Source: Nitrospirota bacterium
GTDB lineage: Bacteria; Nitrospirota; Nitrospiria; SBBL01; JAADHI01
Direction of reading: 5' to 3'
DNA: 64,000 nucleotides
NCBI GenBank assembly: GCA_029261195.1
Contig: JAJDBU010000044.1
Coordinates: forward strand, 13,396-77,395
Made by a program: the position numbers and the translations under genes. Positions within the stretch are counted from its first letter, which is position 1, and each line of letters begins with the position of its first letter. The notes beneath the pieces were generated by a model. That model was not told where the DNA came from. It worked only from the letters and a program-made list of their open reading frames with translations, and did no database searches. Of this stretch, positions 49,514 to 58,175 are shown one piece after another.

Positions 49514-50215
49514 TTAAGAAGGGTGGGAATCCGAGCGTTGCTCGAGGAGGTCGGGACGAAGCAGGGTAATTTGTCTGCCCTCAAAAGAAATCCAGCCTTC
49601 CCGTTTAAAATCTCCCAGGACAGCGCTGACTGTTTCACGGATGGAGCCAATCAGGTTTGCAATTTCCTGGTGGGTGATCTTGATTTTGAGCAAGAGACCT
49701 TGTTCTGTTTTTTGCCCGTAATCTTTCGCCAGTTCAAGTAATAAATGGGCCAGCCGGGCGGGGACATCCCGAAAGACAAGGTCTTCAACGCGGCTTTCGA
49801 TCTTTCTCATACGAAAGCCGATGAGCTTGGTGAGTCGAAATGAGAAATCGGGTTTGCTACTGACCATTTCAAGGAAGATTTTTTTGCTGACAACACAGAT
49901 TTTGCTATCATCTAGGGCTTCAGCCAGGGTGTCCCTGGGCGCATCACCTAAGACTTCAAGCTCACCGAAAATTTCCCCTGGTTCCAACAGAGCAATAGTG
50001 ACTTCACGCCCCTCTTCCGAAATTCGGGAGAGTTTCACCCGTCCTTCCTTTAAGAGGTAGACCTGCTGACTGGGATCTCCCGGAAAAAAAATCGGCGTCT
50101 TTTTTTTGACCGATTCCATCCGGGTGGCCCGCTCGATTTTCCCCATATCTTCTGAGGTCATCTCTTTAAAAAGATTGATCTTTTTGAGATACCATAACTT
50201 ACTTTTTTCTTTCAT
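49514..50215 (-). CDS. Crp/Fnr family transcriptional regulator
   Basis: cNMP-binding domain GEIFGE...PR; HTH THQEIANLIGSIRETVS. Confidence 0.92.
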   Translation of the reverse strand: MKEKSKLWYLKKINLFKEMTSEDMGKIERATRMESVKKKTPIFFPGDPSQQVYLLKEGRVKLSRISEEGREVTIALLEPGEIFGELEVLGDAPRDTLAEALDDSKICVVSKKIFLEMVSSKPDFSFRLTKLIGFRMRKIESRVEDLVFRDVPARLAHLLLELAKDYGQKTEQGLLLKIKITHQEIANLIGSIRETVSAVLGDFKREGWISFEGRQITLLRPDLLEQRSDSHPS

Positions 50216-50270
50216 GGGGGGGGATGATAGTTGAAGCAGAGGGGGAAAGCAACAGAGCAAAGCACCCGAT

Positions 50271-51320
50271 CTAACGAACGCAACGAAAACCCACATCGCC
50301 ATCGGAACTGGAAGGGCCGTCTCCTGCGCTCATAGCGAAAACGCCCGCCTCCGGCCCACTGTCCCAATCTCCCCCGCGAACGATTGCCGATGAAAAGCGG
50401 GTGCCGGGAGGATAGGCCGGATTGACTCCGAATACCCCATCGTGTCCGTAGGTAGCGGTCGTCGCAGAACCCTTCGGTTCTTCTGTTTTTTCTGCAGTGC
50501 CCTGCATCCAATCGGCCACCCATTCCCAGACATTGCCCACCATGTCATGCATACCCCAACTCGAAACGCATTTGTTACGAGAACCGGTTGTTGAGAGCGG
50601 GCTTGCGACAATGCAGTCACTTGTTTTGTTATCTTTTCCCGGGTCCGGGGTGCCTGTCGCAGCCATTTGCCATTCGGCATTTGAAGGCAGGCGTTTTCCA
50701 CTGTGGGCACAGGCCTGTTGCGCCTGGAACCAAGTGATAAATCGAGAAGAGGCAACACTGGGTTTTGAAATTGCGTAGAGGGGTTTGATCCAGTTTCCGT
50801 TGTCCGGGAAACTTGTGCCGTAATCATCGGATGAAATACCTCGTTGCAGTCCAGTCCCGTCTGGCGAGGTCCAGACCGAGGCTTCGTACTTGTCGAAGCA
50901 GAGTCCTCCGACCTTCACCATAATGTCCTTGGGATTATCCGGGTTTACGCAGGACTTTCCTCTTAGGAATTTCTCACGAACCTGATTAGGGGAATCGGCT
51001 GATCCTTTTCCCCCTGCCGGCCCCTTTCGTCCTACCGGGCCCGTTTTCCCCGGAGGTCCAGCAGGTCCTATTTGACCGGCGGGGCCTTGTGGGCCTTTCA
51101 ATCCTTGTGGGCCTTGTGGACCGGCCGGGACATTGTCAATGGCGTCGGCTAATGCCTTAAAGTTTTCATTGACCTCTTTGGCACTTGATTTGGATCCGGA
51201 GGAAAAGCGATGGGGAATACGTGTTTCGGCGTAGGCTGAAACAGCAATGCTCAGAATAAATATGCTGATGAGTGCAGCGATTTCTTGAAGTAAAAATCGC
51301 CTTGCGGGTATTAACTTCAT
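50271..51320 (-). CDS. Exported protein with collagen-like stalk and FGE-sulfatase/C-type-lectin-fold head
   Basis: Signal peptide; PHRFSSG...EVNENF; Gly-X-Y run; GKRLPSNAEW, DMVGNVWEW, RGGDW...GFRC. Confidence 0.85.
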   Translation of the reverse strand: MKLIPARRFLLQEIAALISIFILSIAVSAYAETRIPHRFSSGSKSSAKEVNENFKALADAIDNVPAGPQGPQGLKGPQGPAGQIGPAGPPGKTGPVGRKGPAGGKGSADSPNQVREKFLRGKSCVNPDNPKDIMVKVGGLCFDKYEASVWTSPDGTGLQRGISSDDYGTSFPDNGNWIKPLYAISKPSVASSRFITWFQAQQACAHSGKRLPSNAEWQMAATGTPDPGKDNKTSDCIVASPLSTTGSRNKCVSSWGMHDMVGNVWEWVADWMQGTAEKTEEPKGSATTATYGHDGVFGVNPAYPPGTRFSSAIVRGGDWDSGPEAGVFAMSAGDGPSSSDGDVGFRCVR

Positions 51321-51360
51321 GCCATTTCTCCTCATTATCCGAAGTCCTTACACGATTATT

Positions 51361-51537
51361 TCAACCCCATTTCCCCACGTCCCAGATCATCTCGCCCCAG
51401 CGGGTTTCATTCTCGCCTGTGTCGGGAGAACTGGCGCTCTTGTTCGCTTGATTGTAGGTAATGAATAATCCGGCGGCGAGGACAACCGTCAAAATCAGAC
51501 CAAGATAGGACAGCGTTCTTCTTGTTGATTGTTCCAT
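51361..51537 (-). CDS. Small membrane-anchored protein (58 aa) with Trp-rich C-terminus, not in the ORF track
   Basis: AGGAGG RBS; MEQSTRRTLSYLGLILTVVLAAGLFITYNQANKSASSPDTGENETRWGEMIWDVGKWG*. Confidence 0.75.
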   Translation of the reverse strand: MEQSTRRTLSYLGLILTVVLAAGLFITYNQANKSASSPDTGENETRWGEMIWDVGKWG

Positions 51538-51652
51538 ATCAAGGCCTCCTGATAGAAAATAACGCCTCCCACAGATCGCTTAGGTTCAGGTTGTCTGAAA
51601 AGAGGCTTTTTGTCATTGTTTGATATCAGTTCTTTGCCGGGTTAAGAAACCG

Positions 51653-54172
51653 TTATCGCGAAACGATAACACGGTCTCCGCTTTCTAATTCGACCAGGCT
51701 AAGGGCATTTAAACCGGGATCAATGACAAAGGCCCGGTTGTTAGCAATATCAAGCGCGAGGCCTGAGGGATTCATGAAATGGGTTCCGACGCCGCTATCG
51801 ATGTTGGAGATGATTCTTCGATTACCTTTCGTCAGGCCATCTGCCAGGTCAACTGAAAGGAGTGCATTGAGGCCCTCGTCGATTATGTAGGCACGAGAGC
51901 CCTTAGGATTCGGGTCCAGGGCAACACCTAAAGGGTTGATCAATGCCGGACCTGGTCCCCCGTTGGATGCAGGTTCTCGACTGCCGTTTGAAACTGAGAG
52001 ATCGACCGAAAGGAGTTCATCCCTTCCATCGTCGATCACAAAGGCAAGGTTTCGATTAAGGTCAAGACCAAGCCCGCGGGGGCTTATAAACGTAGTAAAG
52101 GGATCACTATTATCAGAAACAATTGTTCGGTCGCCTTTACTCACGCCTTCAGCGAGATTGACTGAAAGGAGGGCATCCAATCCCTCATCAATCACGAAGG
52201 CTTTACTATTTCCAAGGTCAAGTGCAATGCCAAGCGGAATATTAAACGCTGTCCCACCACCGTTGTTTATATCAGAAACAATTGTTCGGTCGCCTTTGCC
52301 CACGCCTTCAGCGAGATTGACCGAAAGGAGGGCATCCAATCCTTCATCAATTACATAGGCAAGACGATTTGTTAGATCAAGCGCGATGCCGCGTGGAGTG
52401 ACAAAAAAGTTATTTTCATCGCCGTTTGTTCCACTGCCGTTGTTAAGGTTTGATATAATCGCTCGATCCCCGTTTAGGAGATCAACCGACAGGAGACCTT
52501 TCAAGCCGTTATCGACTACGAAGGCGCGGTTACCGGGAAGATCGAGTGCAATACCTGAGAGCTGTCCGAAAAAGTTCGTTGCAGTACCAGTTGCACTATC
52601 AGAGATAATGCTCCTATCTCCATTCGCAAGCTCAAGCGCAAAAAGAGCATCCAAGCCGTCGTCTGTCACAAAGAGACGGTTCTTGATTGGATCCAAGGCC
52701 AGGCCAAGAGGCTTGATAAAGGGTGTTCCACTACCGGTGCTCCCATCCGAGAAAGCAGTCACAGCACCACCGTCCAGGTCAACAGCAAGAATTTTTTTGT
52801 CACCGGAATTGGCGACTAAAACGCGATTATTGACAAGATCAAGCGCAATGCCTAAAGGGTTATTAAAACCCCCGGCTTTGGTTGTCCTGTCTCCGCTTCC
52901 CCCATTTAGATTGACCTCAATAAGCTCATCGCGGCCGATGTCTGTTACGAAAGCCCTGTTGTTACTGCCATCAATATTCAGTACGAGTCCGAAAGGAATT
53001 TCAAAGTCGGCTCCGCTCCCGCGAGACCCAAGTCCAGGACATGCCGTGATAGAGTTGGGACAGCCGGATGCGACTGTCCGATTCCCGTTTGAAAGGTTGC
53101 TTAAAATAAGTGCTTTCAAGCCACGGTCAACCACATAAGCATTGCCGCCTTCAATTGCAACACTCACTGGGTTTGCCAATAGCGGTCCTGTGCCTTTGAT
53201 AGTGCCAATACCTCCAGAGACAATATCTCTATTTCCAAGGGTCTCTGTATTCTTAAGATCAACCTTAATGAGTGCCTTCCAGTCATTGTCCGTGACGTAG
53301 ACATCACCATTTGTATCAAGGGCAATACCCATTGGACTTTTAAAATTGATACCGCTTCCGTGTGTAGCATCAGAGACGATCGTTCGTACTCCCGTTACAA
53401 GATCAACCGCAAGAATCGCATCCAAACTATCATCAACCACATAGGCTCGGTTGTTGTTAATATCCAATGCAACCTGTTTTGGGTCAATCAACAACTCACT
53501 GCGTGTCACCTCAACGGTTTCCGCCTTCGGGTTCATGTGCCCCGATTTGTCTTTGGTCTTGATGTCAATGATATTTTTCCCCGGACTGAGATCCACAGGC
53601 ACTGTCCAGGTCTTAAAAGCATCTGTCGTGTTTGCAAGGCCCCCGTTGACCCAGACTTCCTCAATTCCGTCGGCATCACTTGCAGTCCCTGTGACCGTCA
53701 GTGTTTTACCATTTGTCAGTGATTTTTTTGTCGGGAAACGAACTGTCGCGGTCGGGCTGAGATTAAGCTTTTCGATAGAAAATGAAACATCCGTCTGTTG
53801 ACCTGTGACCTCCACGCTTGTTGTCCAACTCGCGAAAAGTACACCACCCAGCAAATATTTTATGGTAAAGGTGTGTGTTTTGCCCAGAGACAGATTGTTA
53901 ACTACCGTATTCACTTCCCCACCTGTGATCGTTAACTCGACAGGTGGCCTTCCATCATCAACGGTCAGTATCGCTGTAAGTGCCAAGCCTGTCGTGTTTT
54001 CCAGCACAGCTTTTGGGATATCCACGGAAAAGTCTCCATCCGGCCCGATTGAACCGCCGCTTGGGCCACTCCCGTTCTGTCCACAACTTGCAAGTAACAG
54101 AAATGTTGTTATAAAGAGTGCCATTAAAGCACTGGGTCTTTTCTGTAAAATCCGTATTATTTTCTGAAACAT
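51653..54172 (-). CDS. Lipoprotein with Ig-like domains and NHL/YncE-like beta-propeller repeats
   Basis: Lipobox LAS-C; about 12 repeats P.GIALD...NRA.V.D.GLDALL.VDL..GDR.I.S. Confidence 0.82.
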   Translation of the reverse strand: MFQKIIRILQKRPSALMALFITTFLLLASCGQNGSGPSGGSIGPDGDFSVDIPKAVLENTTGLALTAILTVDDGRPPVELTITGGEVNTVVNNLSLGKTHTFTIKYLLGGVLFASWTTSVEVTGQQTDVSFSIEKLNLSPTATVRFPTKKSLTNGKTLTVTGTASDADGIEEVWVNGGLANTTDAFKTWTVPVDLSPGKNIIDIKTKDKSGHMNPKAETVEVTRSELLIDPKQVALDINNNRAYVVDDSLDAILAVDLVTGVRTIVSDATHGSGINFKSPMGIALDTNGDVYVTDNDWKALIKVDLKNTETLGNRDIVSGGIGTIKGTGPLLANPVSVAIEGGNAYVVDRGLKALILSNLSNGNRTVASGCPNSITACPGLGSRGSGADFEIPFGLVLNIDGSNNRAFVTDIGRDELIEVNLNGGSGDRTTKAGGFNNPLGIALDLVNNRVLVANSGDKKILAVDLDGGAVTAFSDGSTGSGTPFIKPLGLALDPIKNRLFVTDDGLDALFALELANGDRSIISDSATGTATNFFGQLSGIALDLPGNRAFVVDNGLKGLLSVDLLNGDRAIISNLNNGSGTNGDENNFFVTPRGIALDLTNRLAYVIDEGLDALLSVNLAEGVGKGDRTIVSDINNGGGTAFNIPLGIALDLGNSKAFVIDEGLDALLSVNLAEGVSKGDRTIVSDNSDPFTTFISPRGLGLDLNRNLAFVIDDGRDELLSVDLSVSNGSREPASNGGPGPALINPLGVALDPNPKGSRAYIIDEGLNALLSVDLADGLTKGNRRIISNIDSGVGTHFMNPSGLALDIANNRAFVIDPGLNALSLVELESGDRVIVSR
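52111..52351. repeat. Intragenic 82-bp near-identical direct repeat, 159-bp period
   Basis: 52111-52192 vs 52270-52351; 4 mismatches by manual comparison. Confidence 0.85.
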
Positions 54173-54211
54173 AATGACCTCGAATAAAACGGGGCTAAAG
54201 ATATGGAGCGC

Positions 54212-54634
54212 TTAAGGGACTGCCGGGACATCGCCTGTAATATTGACGGAACCTGACTGTGCCCCGCCACCCGTGGCGCCACCACTGCTGCCACTATCAC
54301 TATTGGCGGCTGCGATCCCCCCTGCAACTGCAGCAACAATCGTCCAGACCCACCACTTTTTATACCAGGGTTTTTTGTTTGCCGGTCTGGTTTTCAGCGA
54401 AAAAGGTCTTTTTTTATTGATCAGAATCTCATCCTCCGGCACTGAATCTGCCGGAATCTGCGCTTCTGCAAGCCTCAAGTTTTGGGAAGGTTCTTGAACC
54501 ATCGGCGTAAAGGATTCCCTCAATGACAAGCGCGAGCCATTTTCAGCCTTGAGTGTTGAAACCGGGATGAGAAAAAAAGAGTAAAAAAAGACCAATAAAA
54601 GGACGAATAATTGACTTCGAATCTTCTTCATCAT
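54212..54634 (-). CDS. Exported protein with KKPWYKKWWVW motif, hydrophobic helix and Gly-rich tail
   Basis: Signal peptide; motif seen directly; start chosen at ATG 54634. Confidence 0.7.
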   Translation of the reverse strand: MMKKIRSQLFVLLLVFFYSFFLIPVSTLKAENGSRLSLRESFTPMVQEPSQNLRLAEAQIPADSVPEDEILINKKRPFSLKTRPANKKPWYKKWWVWTIVAAVAGGIAAANSDSGSSGGATGGGAQSGSVNITGDVPAVP

Positions 54635-54692
54635 AGCGACCTTATCAATAAATAGGGATATACTTCCCAAGTGGAACGATATGTTTTTAGGG

Positions 54693-54721
54693 ATAGTAGG
54701 AGCTAAACACACAAAAGTCAA
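54693..54721 (-). promoter_or_regulatory. Sigma70-type promoter of the surface-protein cluster
   Basis: Minus strand TTGACT-N17-TACTAT. Confidence 0.55.
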
Positions 54722-54802
54722 GCCCCCTACAAAATTTTAATATCAATAAAAGTCAATACTTTACGATGTATTGTCTTGTGGGTCACTTACACTTTTTTCG
54801 AT

Positions 54803-56605
54803 TTAACCCGCCTTAAGCTGAATCACGGTTTGTCTGACCTCTTTTGCGCTAGTCGTTGATGGAAGCGCCTGGCCAAAGGTAATGGAGACGGGCAAGAGGA
54901 ATTTTTTTGGCCATTTCCAGACCAATCGTGGCTGCTGTTCGCTGAAAATTGTTCCACGTAAACCTTCAAGGTGAACAGGTATGATTGGCACATCACTTCC
55001 CTCTACCATCTGTTCAAAACCTATGTTGAAGGGGAGAAGATCCTCTGTTTTACTGATGGCCCCCTCGGCAAAAACGCAGACAACATGGCCTTGTTTCAGG
55101 GCTTCTCGCCCTCGCGCAATGGCATGAGGCGATGCCTTCGGTCCTCCATCCCCGGCCGGAATTGCCTGCATAATCCTCAACAGCGGCCCGATGCCTTTGA
55201 TATCAAAAAATGTGCTGTAAACGACAAAACGGATAAAACGCTGCACACAGGCTCCGACTAAAAGACCATCAACAAAGGAGACGTGATTGCAAACAAGTAG
55301 GGCCGGCCCACTGAAAGGCACATGGGTTTGCCCCTCCATGCGGATGCTGAAGATCGTATGAGTCAACATCCAGAGTGAAAATCGAATCAGGTATTGTGGA
55401 ACGACCTTCATCACATAAGGTGTCATCGTGAGCGTGAAGGCCCCTAAAATCAGAATGATCTGATCTGATCTAAAAGTGAAGACATCGTGAAAAAGCCAAA
55501 GCAATGCAGAGGCGGAAAGGATACCCAGGGTGAGCAGGAAATTCGAGGTGCCTATGAGTTGCCCCCGTTCCTCTTTTCCACTTTTTTGCTGGAGGTAGGC
55601 ATACAAGGGTACGCTGAAGAGGCCTCCGGCAATACCTAACAAGGTCAGTGCGAGCGCTGTTTTAAAAAAGGAGTTTCCCGAGAAGCCCAAAAAAAGGGCA
55701 AAAAGGCCCATGCCGATTGACCCCAGAGGGACCAGACCCAACTCGACCTTGTCTCCTGAAAGCCGGCCTGCCAGGAAACTGCCGATGCCGACACCTATGG
55801 CAAGAAAGGTTCCAAGCAGACTGATTGAAAACTCGTCCAGGCCCATCACTTCACTGCCGAAGAGCAGGAAATCCATCTGAAGAAAGGCCCCTAAAAAGCC
55901 GAAATAGGCGATGCCCAGTACCGTCGACCAAAGCATTTTATTTTCGTACAGCCGTTTGAACCCTTGTGCGATCTCCCACCAGGGGTTCAAGCGAAATCGA
56001 TGTGTCCCTTTTACCTGATTTCCACGAGCAATACCAAAGCTCAAGAAAAAACCAGCCAGGGCCACTGCAATTAACACCAGACCGATGCGGTTCATCCGGC
56101 TGTGCCAGACCGAGAAGAGAAAACCGCCAGTCGATGTACCGAGAATGATGGCGAAAAAAGTACTCATTTCGACCAAACCATTGGCACGGGAGAGTTCTTT
56201 TTCAGGCAAAACCTCTGGCAGGATGCCGTATTTTGCGGTACTGAAAAAAGTGGTTTGCAAAGCCATCAAAAAGAGAACACACAGCATCCATTTGATATCG
56301 CCAATGATAAATGAAAAAAAGGCCAGTACCATGGCGATCAGTTCGAGCGCCTTTGTTCCAATCAAGATCGTTCGTTTGTTCACCCGGTCTGCGGCGAAAC
56401 CGGCATAGCCGGAGAAGAAAAAAAAGGGCAGCATAAAAATAGCGCCGATTAGAGAGATGTAGACCCCGCTCGCATCGGACATGTTTCTAATCGCCAGCAT
56501 CGAAATAACGATTTTGAAGACATTGTCGTTAAAAGCGCCGAAAAACTGAGTACCAAGGAAGGCGGAAAAACCGGGGATTTTTAAGAGTTCAAGATATTGT
56601 TTCAA
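54803..56605 (-). CDS. MFS lysophospholipid transporter fused to acyltransferase (LplT-PlsC, Aas-like without synthetase domain)
   Basis: TQFFGAFNDNVFK, KYGILPE, ANGLVE; NHVSFVD and FAEG acyltransferase motifs. Confidence 0.88.
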   Translation of the reverse strand: MKQYLELLKIPGFSAFLGTQFFGAFNDNVFKIVISMLAIRNMSDASGVYISLIGAIFMLPFFFFSGYAGFAADRVNKRTILIGTKALELIAMVLAFFSFIIGDIKWMLCVLFLMALQTTFFSTAKYGILPEVLPEKELSRANGLVEMSTFFAIILGTSTGGFLFSVWHSRMNRIGLVLIAVALAGFFLSFGIARGNQVKGTHRFRLNPWWEIAQGFKRLYENKMLWSTVLGIAYFGFLGAFLQMDFLLFGSEVMGLDEFSISLLGTFLAIGVGIGSFLAGRLSGDKVELGLVPLGSIGMGLFALFLGFSGNSFFKTALALTLLGIAGGLFSVPLYAYLQQKSGKEERGQLIGTSNFLLTLGILSASALLWLFHDVFTFRSDQIILILGAFTLTMTPYVMKVVPQYLIRFSLWMLTHTIFSIRMEGQTHVPFSGPALLVCNHVSFVDGLLVGACVQRFIRFVVYSTFFDIKGIGPLLRIMQAIPAGDGGPKASPHAIARGREALKQGHVVCVFAEGAISKTEDLLPFNIGFEQMVEGSDVPIIPVHLEGLRGTIFSEQQPRLVWKWPKKFLLPVSITFGQALPSTTSAKEVRQTVIQLKAG

Positions 56606-56739
56606 TTTTACGCATTCACAGGATGCAGGGTGTAGTTGTCAGGGGATGGCAGCGGATGATTTTTTTCTCAGGATAGTTTGTGCTCATTCGGACAACATTT
56701 TATAAGAAAAAGAAGGGTAAATCTATCTATGCCCTGCCC

Positions 56740-58113
56740 TTAGTCTAAATTCGTTTTGATGCCCAGGACCTTTAATTTTCTGTACAGGTGGGTCCGTTCG
56801 ATTTGAAGGGCTTCGGCCGCCTTGGGTATATTCCACTTGTGTGTTTCAAGCAGGGAAAGGATATGTTCCCGCTCAAAGAGGCGTCTTGCTTCTTTGAGCG
56901 GCGGGGGAATTTCTTTAGACCGGGTCGGCCTAGCCTCGCCACTGGAGACATGTTTTGCGATGAAGTCAGGCAGATCGTGGGAGGTAATCATGGGAGTCGG
57001 CGACATGATTAAGAGACGCTCGGTGATATTTTTCAATTCTCGAACATTTCCTGGCCAGTGGTAGTGTTTGAGTCGATCAAAGGCATCCGGCGTCAGCCGC
57101 TTTACACGAATGCCCTGTTCCTGAGCAATCTCATTGAGAAAATAGGCCAGCAGAAGGGGGATGTCATCGGCCCGTTCTCTGAGAGGAGGCACATGGAGGG
57201 GGATGACATTTAACCGATAATAGAGATCTTCACGGAAGCGATCCGCCTGAATCTCATCCTGCAGGTTTTTATTCGAGGCGGCAATCACACGGACATCACT
57301 TACGATTCGCGCACTTCCCCCAACTCGATAGAAGGCCAGATCCTGCAAAACCCGCAAGACCTTCGCCTGGGTGGCAAGGGACATATCAGCAATTTCATCT
57401 AAAAAAAGTGTGCCGCCCGATGCAAGTTCAAACTTGCCTAAGGTCCGCTGCTGAGCCCCTGTAAAGGCTCCCCGTTCATGGCCGAATAACTCACTTTCAA
57501 TCAGGTTTTCCGGTATGGCCGCACAATTGACTTCTAAAAAAGGGCCGTTTTTTCTCTGACTTTTTTCGTGGATCATCCGTGCCACCAATTCTTTTACCGT
57601 TCCGTTTTCTCCTGAAATCAAGACACGACTTTGAGAGGGGGCTGATACCCGAATCTGTTCCTTCAAGTGAAGGATGGCCTGGCTGACCCCGACCATCTCA
57701 TATTTTTTCTCAACCAGTTTTTTTAATGAGCGGTTCTCCGCTCTTAAACGAAACTCGTCCAGGCCATGTTTGACGAGAAGGAGAATTTTTTCGAGTGAGA
57801 GCGGTTTTTCGATGTAGTCGTAGGCCCCGAATTTGATCGCCTTGACGGCAGTTTCGATGGACCCATGTCCGGACATCATGATGGCGATCAGATCCGGAAA
57901 GAGGGCTTTAAGCTGTTGCAAGGTTTCGATGCCATCCTGCTCCGGCATCCAGATATCAAGCAGGACAAGCGAGGGAGGATTGGCTTGAACTAAAGGAATG
58001 ACTTCCAGGCCGCTCTCAGCAGTCACGACCTCGTAGCCCTCATCCGACAGCACACCGGAAAGTGTGCTTAAGATGGCCGGTTCATCATCAACAATCAGGA
58101 TGCTTTCAGACAT
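56740..58113 (-). CDS. ntrX: Sigma-54-dependent response regulator, NtrX-like
   Basis: REC (LLDIWMP), GAFTGA, LFLDEIADM, WPGNVREL, Fis-type HTH; downstream of the NtrY-like kinase. Confidence 0.85.
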   Translation of the reverse strand: MSESILIVDDEPAILSTLSGVLSDEGYEVVTAESGLEVIPLVQANPPSLVLLDIWMPEQDGIETLQQLKALFPDLIAIMMSGHGSIETAVKAIKFGAYDYIEKPLSLEKILLLVKHGLDEFRLRAENRSLKKLVEKKYEMVGVSQAILHLKEQIRVSAPSQSRVLISGENGTVKELVARMIHEKSQRKNGPFLEVNCAAIPENLIESELFGHERGAFTGAQQRTLGKFELASGGTLFLDEIADMSLATQAKVLRVLQDLAFYRVGGSARIVSDVRVIAASNKNLQDEIQADRFREDLYYRLNVIPLHVPPLRERADDIPLLLAYFLNEIAQEQGIRVKRLTPDAFDRLKHYHWPGNVRELKNITERLLIMSPTPMITSHDLPDFIAKHVSSGEARPTRSKEIPPPLKEARRLFEREHILSLLETHKWNIPKAAEALQIERTHLYRKLKVLGIKTNLD

Positions 58114-58128
58114 AAAGTTGTTCTCCTT

Positions 58129-58162
58129 AATCCCCCTCAATCCCCCTTAAACAAAGGGGGAG
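58129..58162. repeat. Short palindromic REP-like element
   Basis: ATCCCCCTCAATCCCCCTTAAACAAAGGGGGA hairpin between the ntrY- and ntrX-like genes. Confidence 0.4.
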
Positions 58163-58175
58163 GCTGTCAAATTAG

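Noticed and set aside
52111-52351. 82-bp repeat as a DGR template/variable pair or CRISPR
   Set aside because: Mismatches are not adenine-specific, both copies are in-frame protein repeats, and there are only two copies
54803-56605. Truncated aas pseudogene
   Set aside because: Ends cleanly at the domain boundary with no synthetase remnant downstream; LplT-PlsC fusions occur naturally
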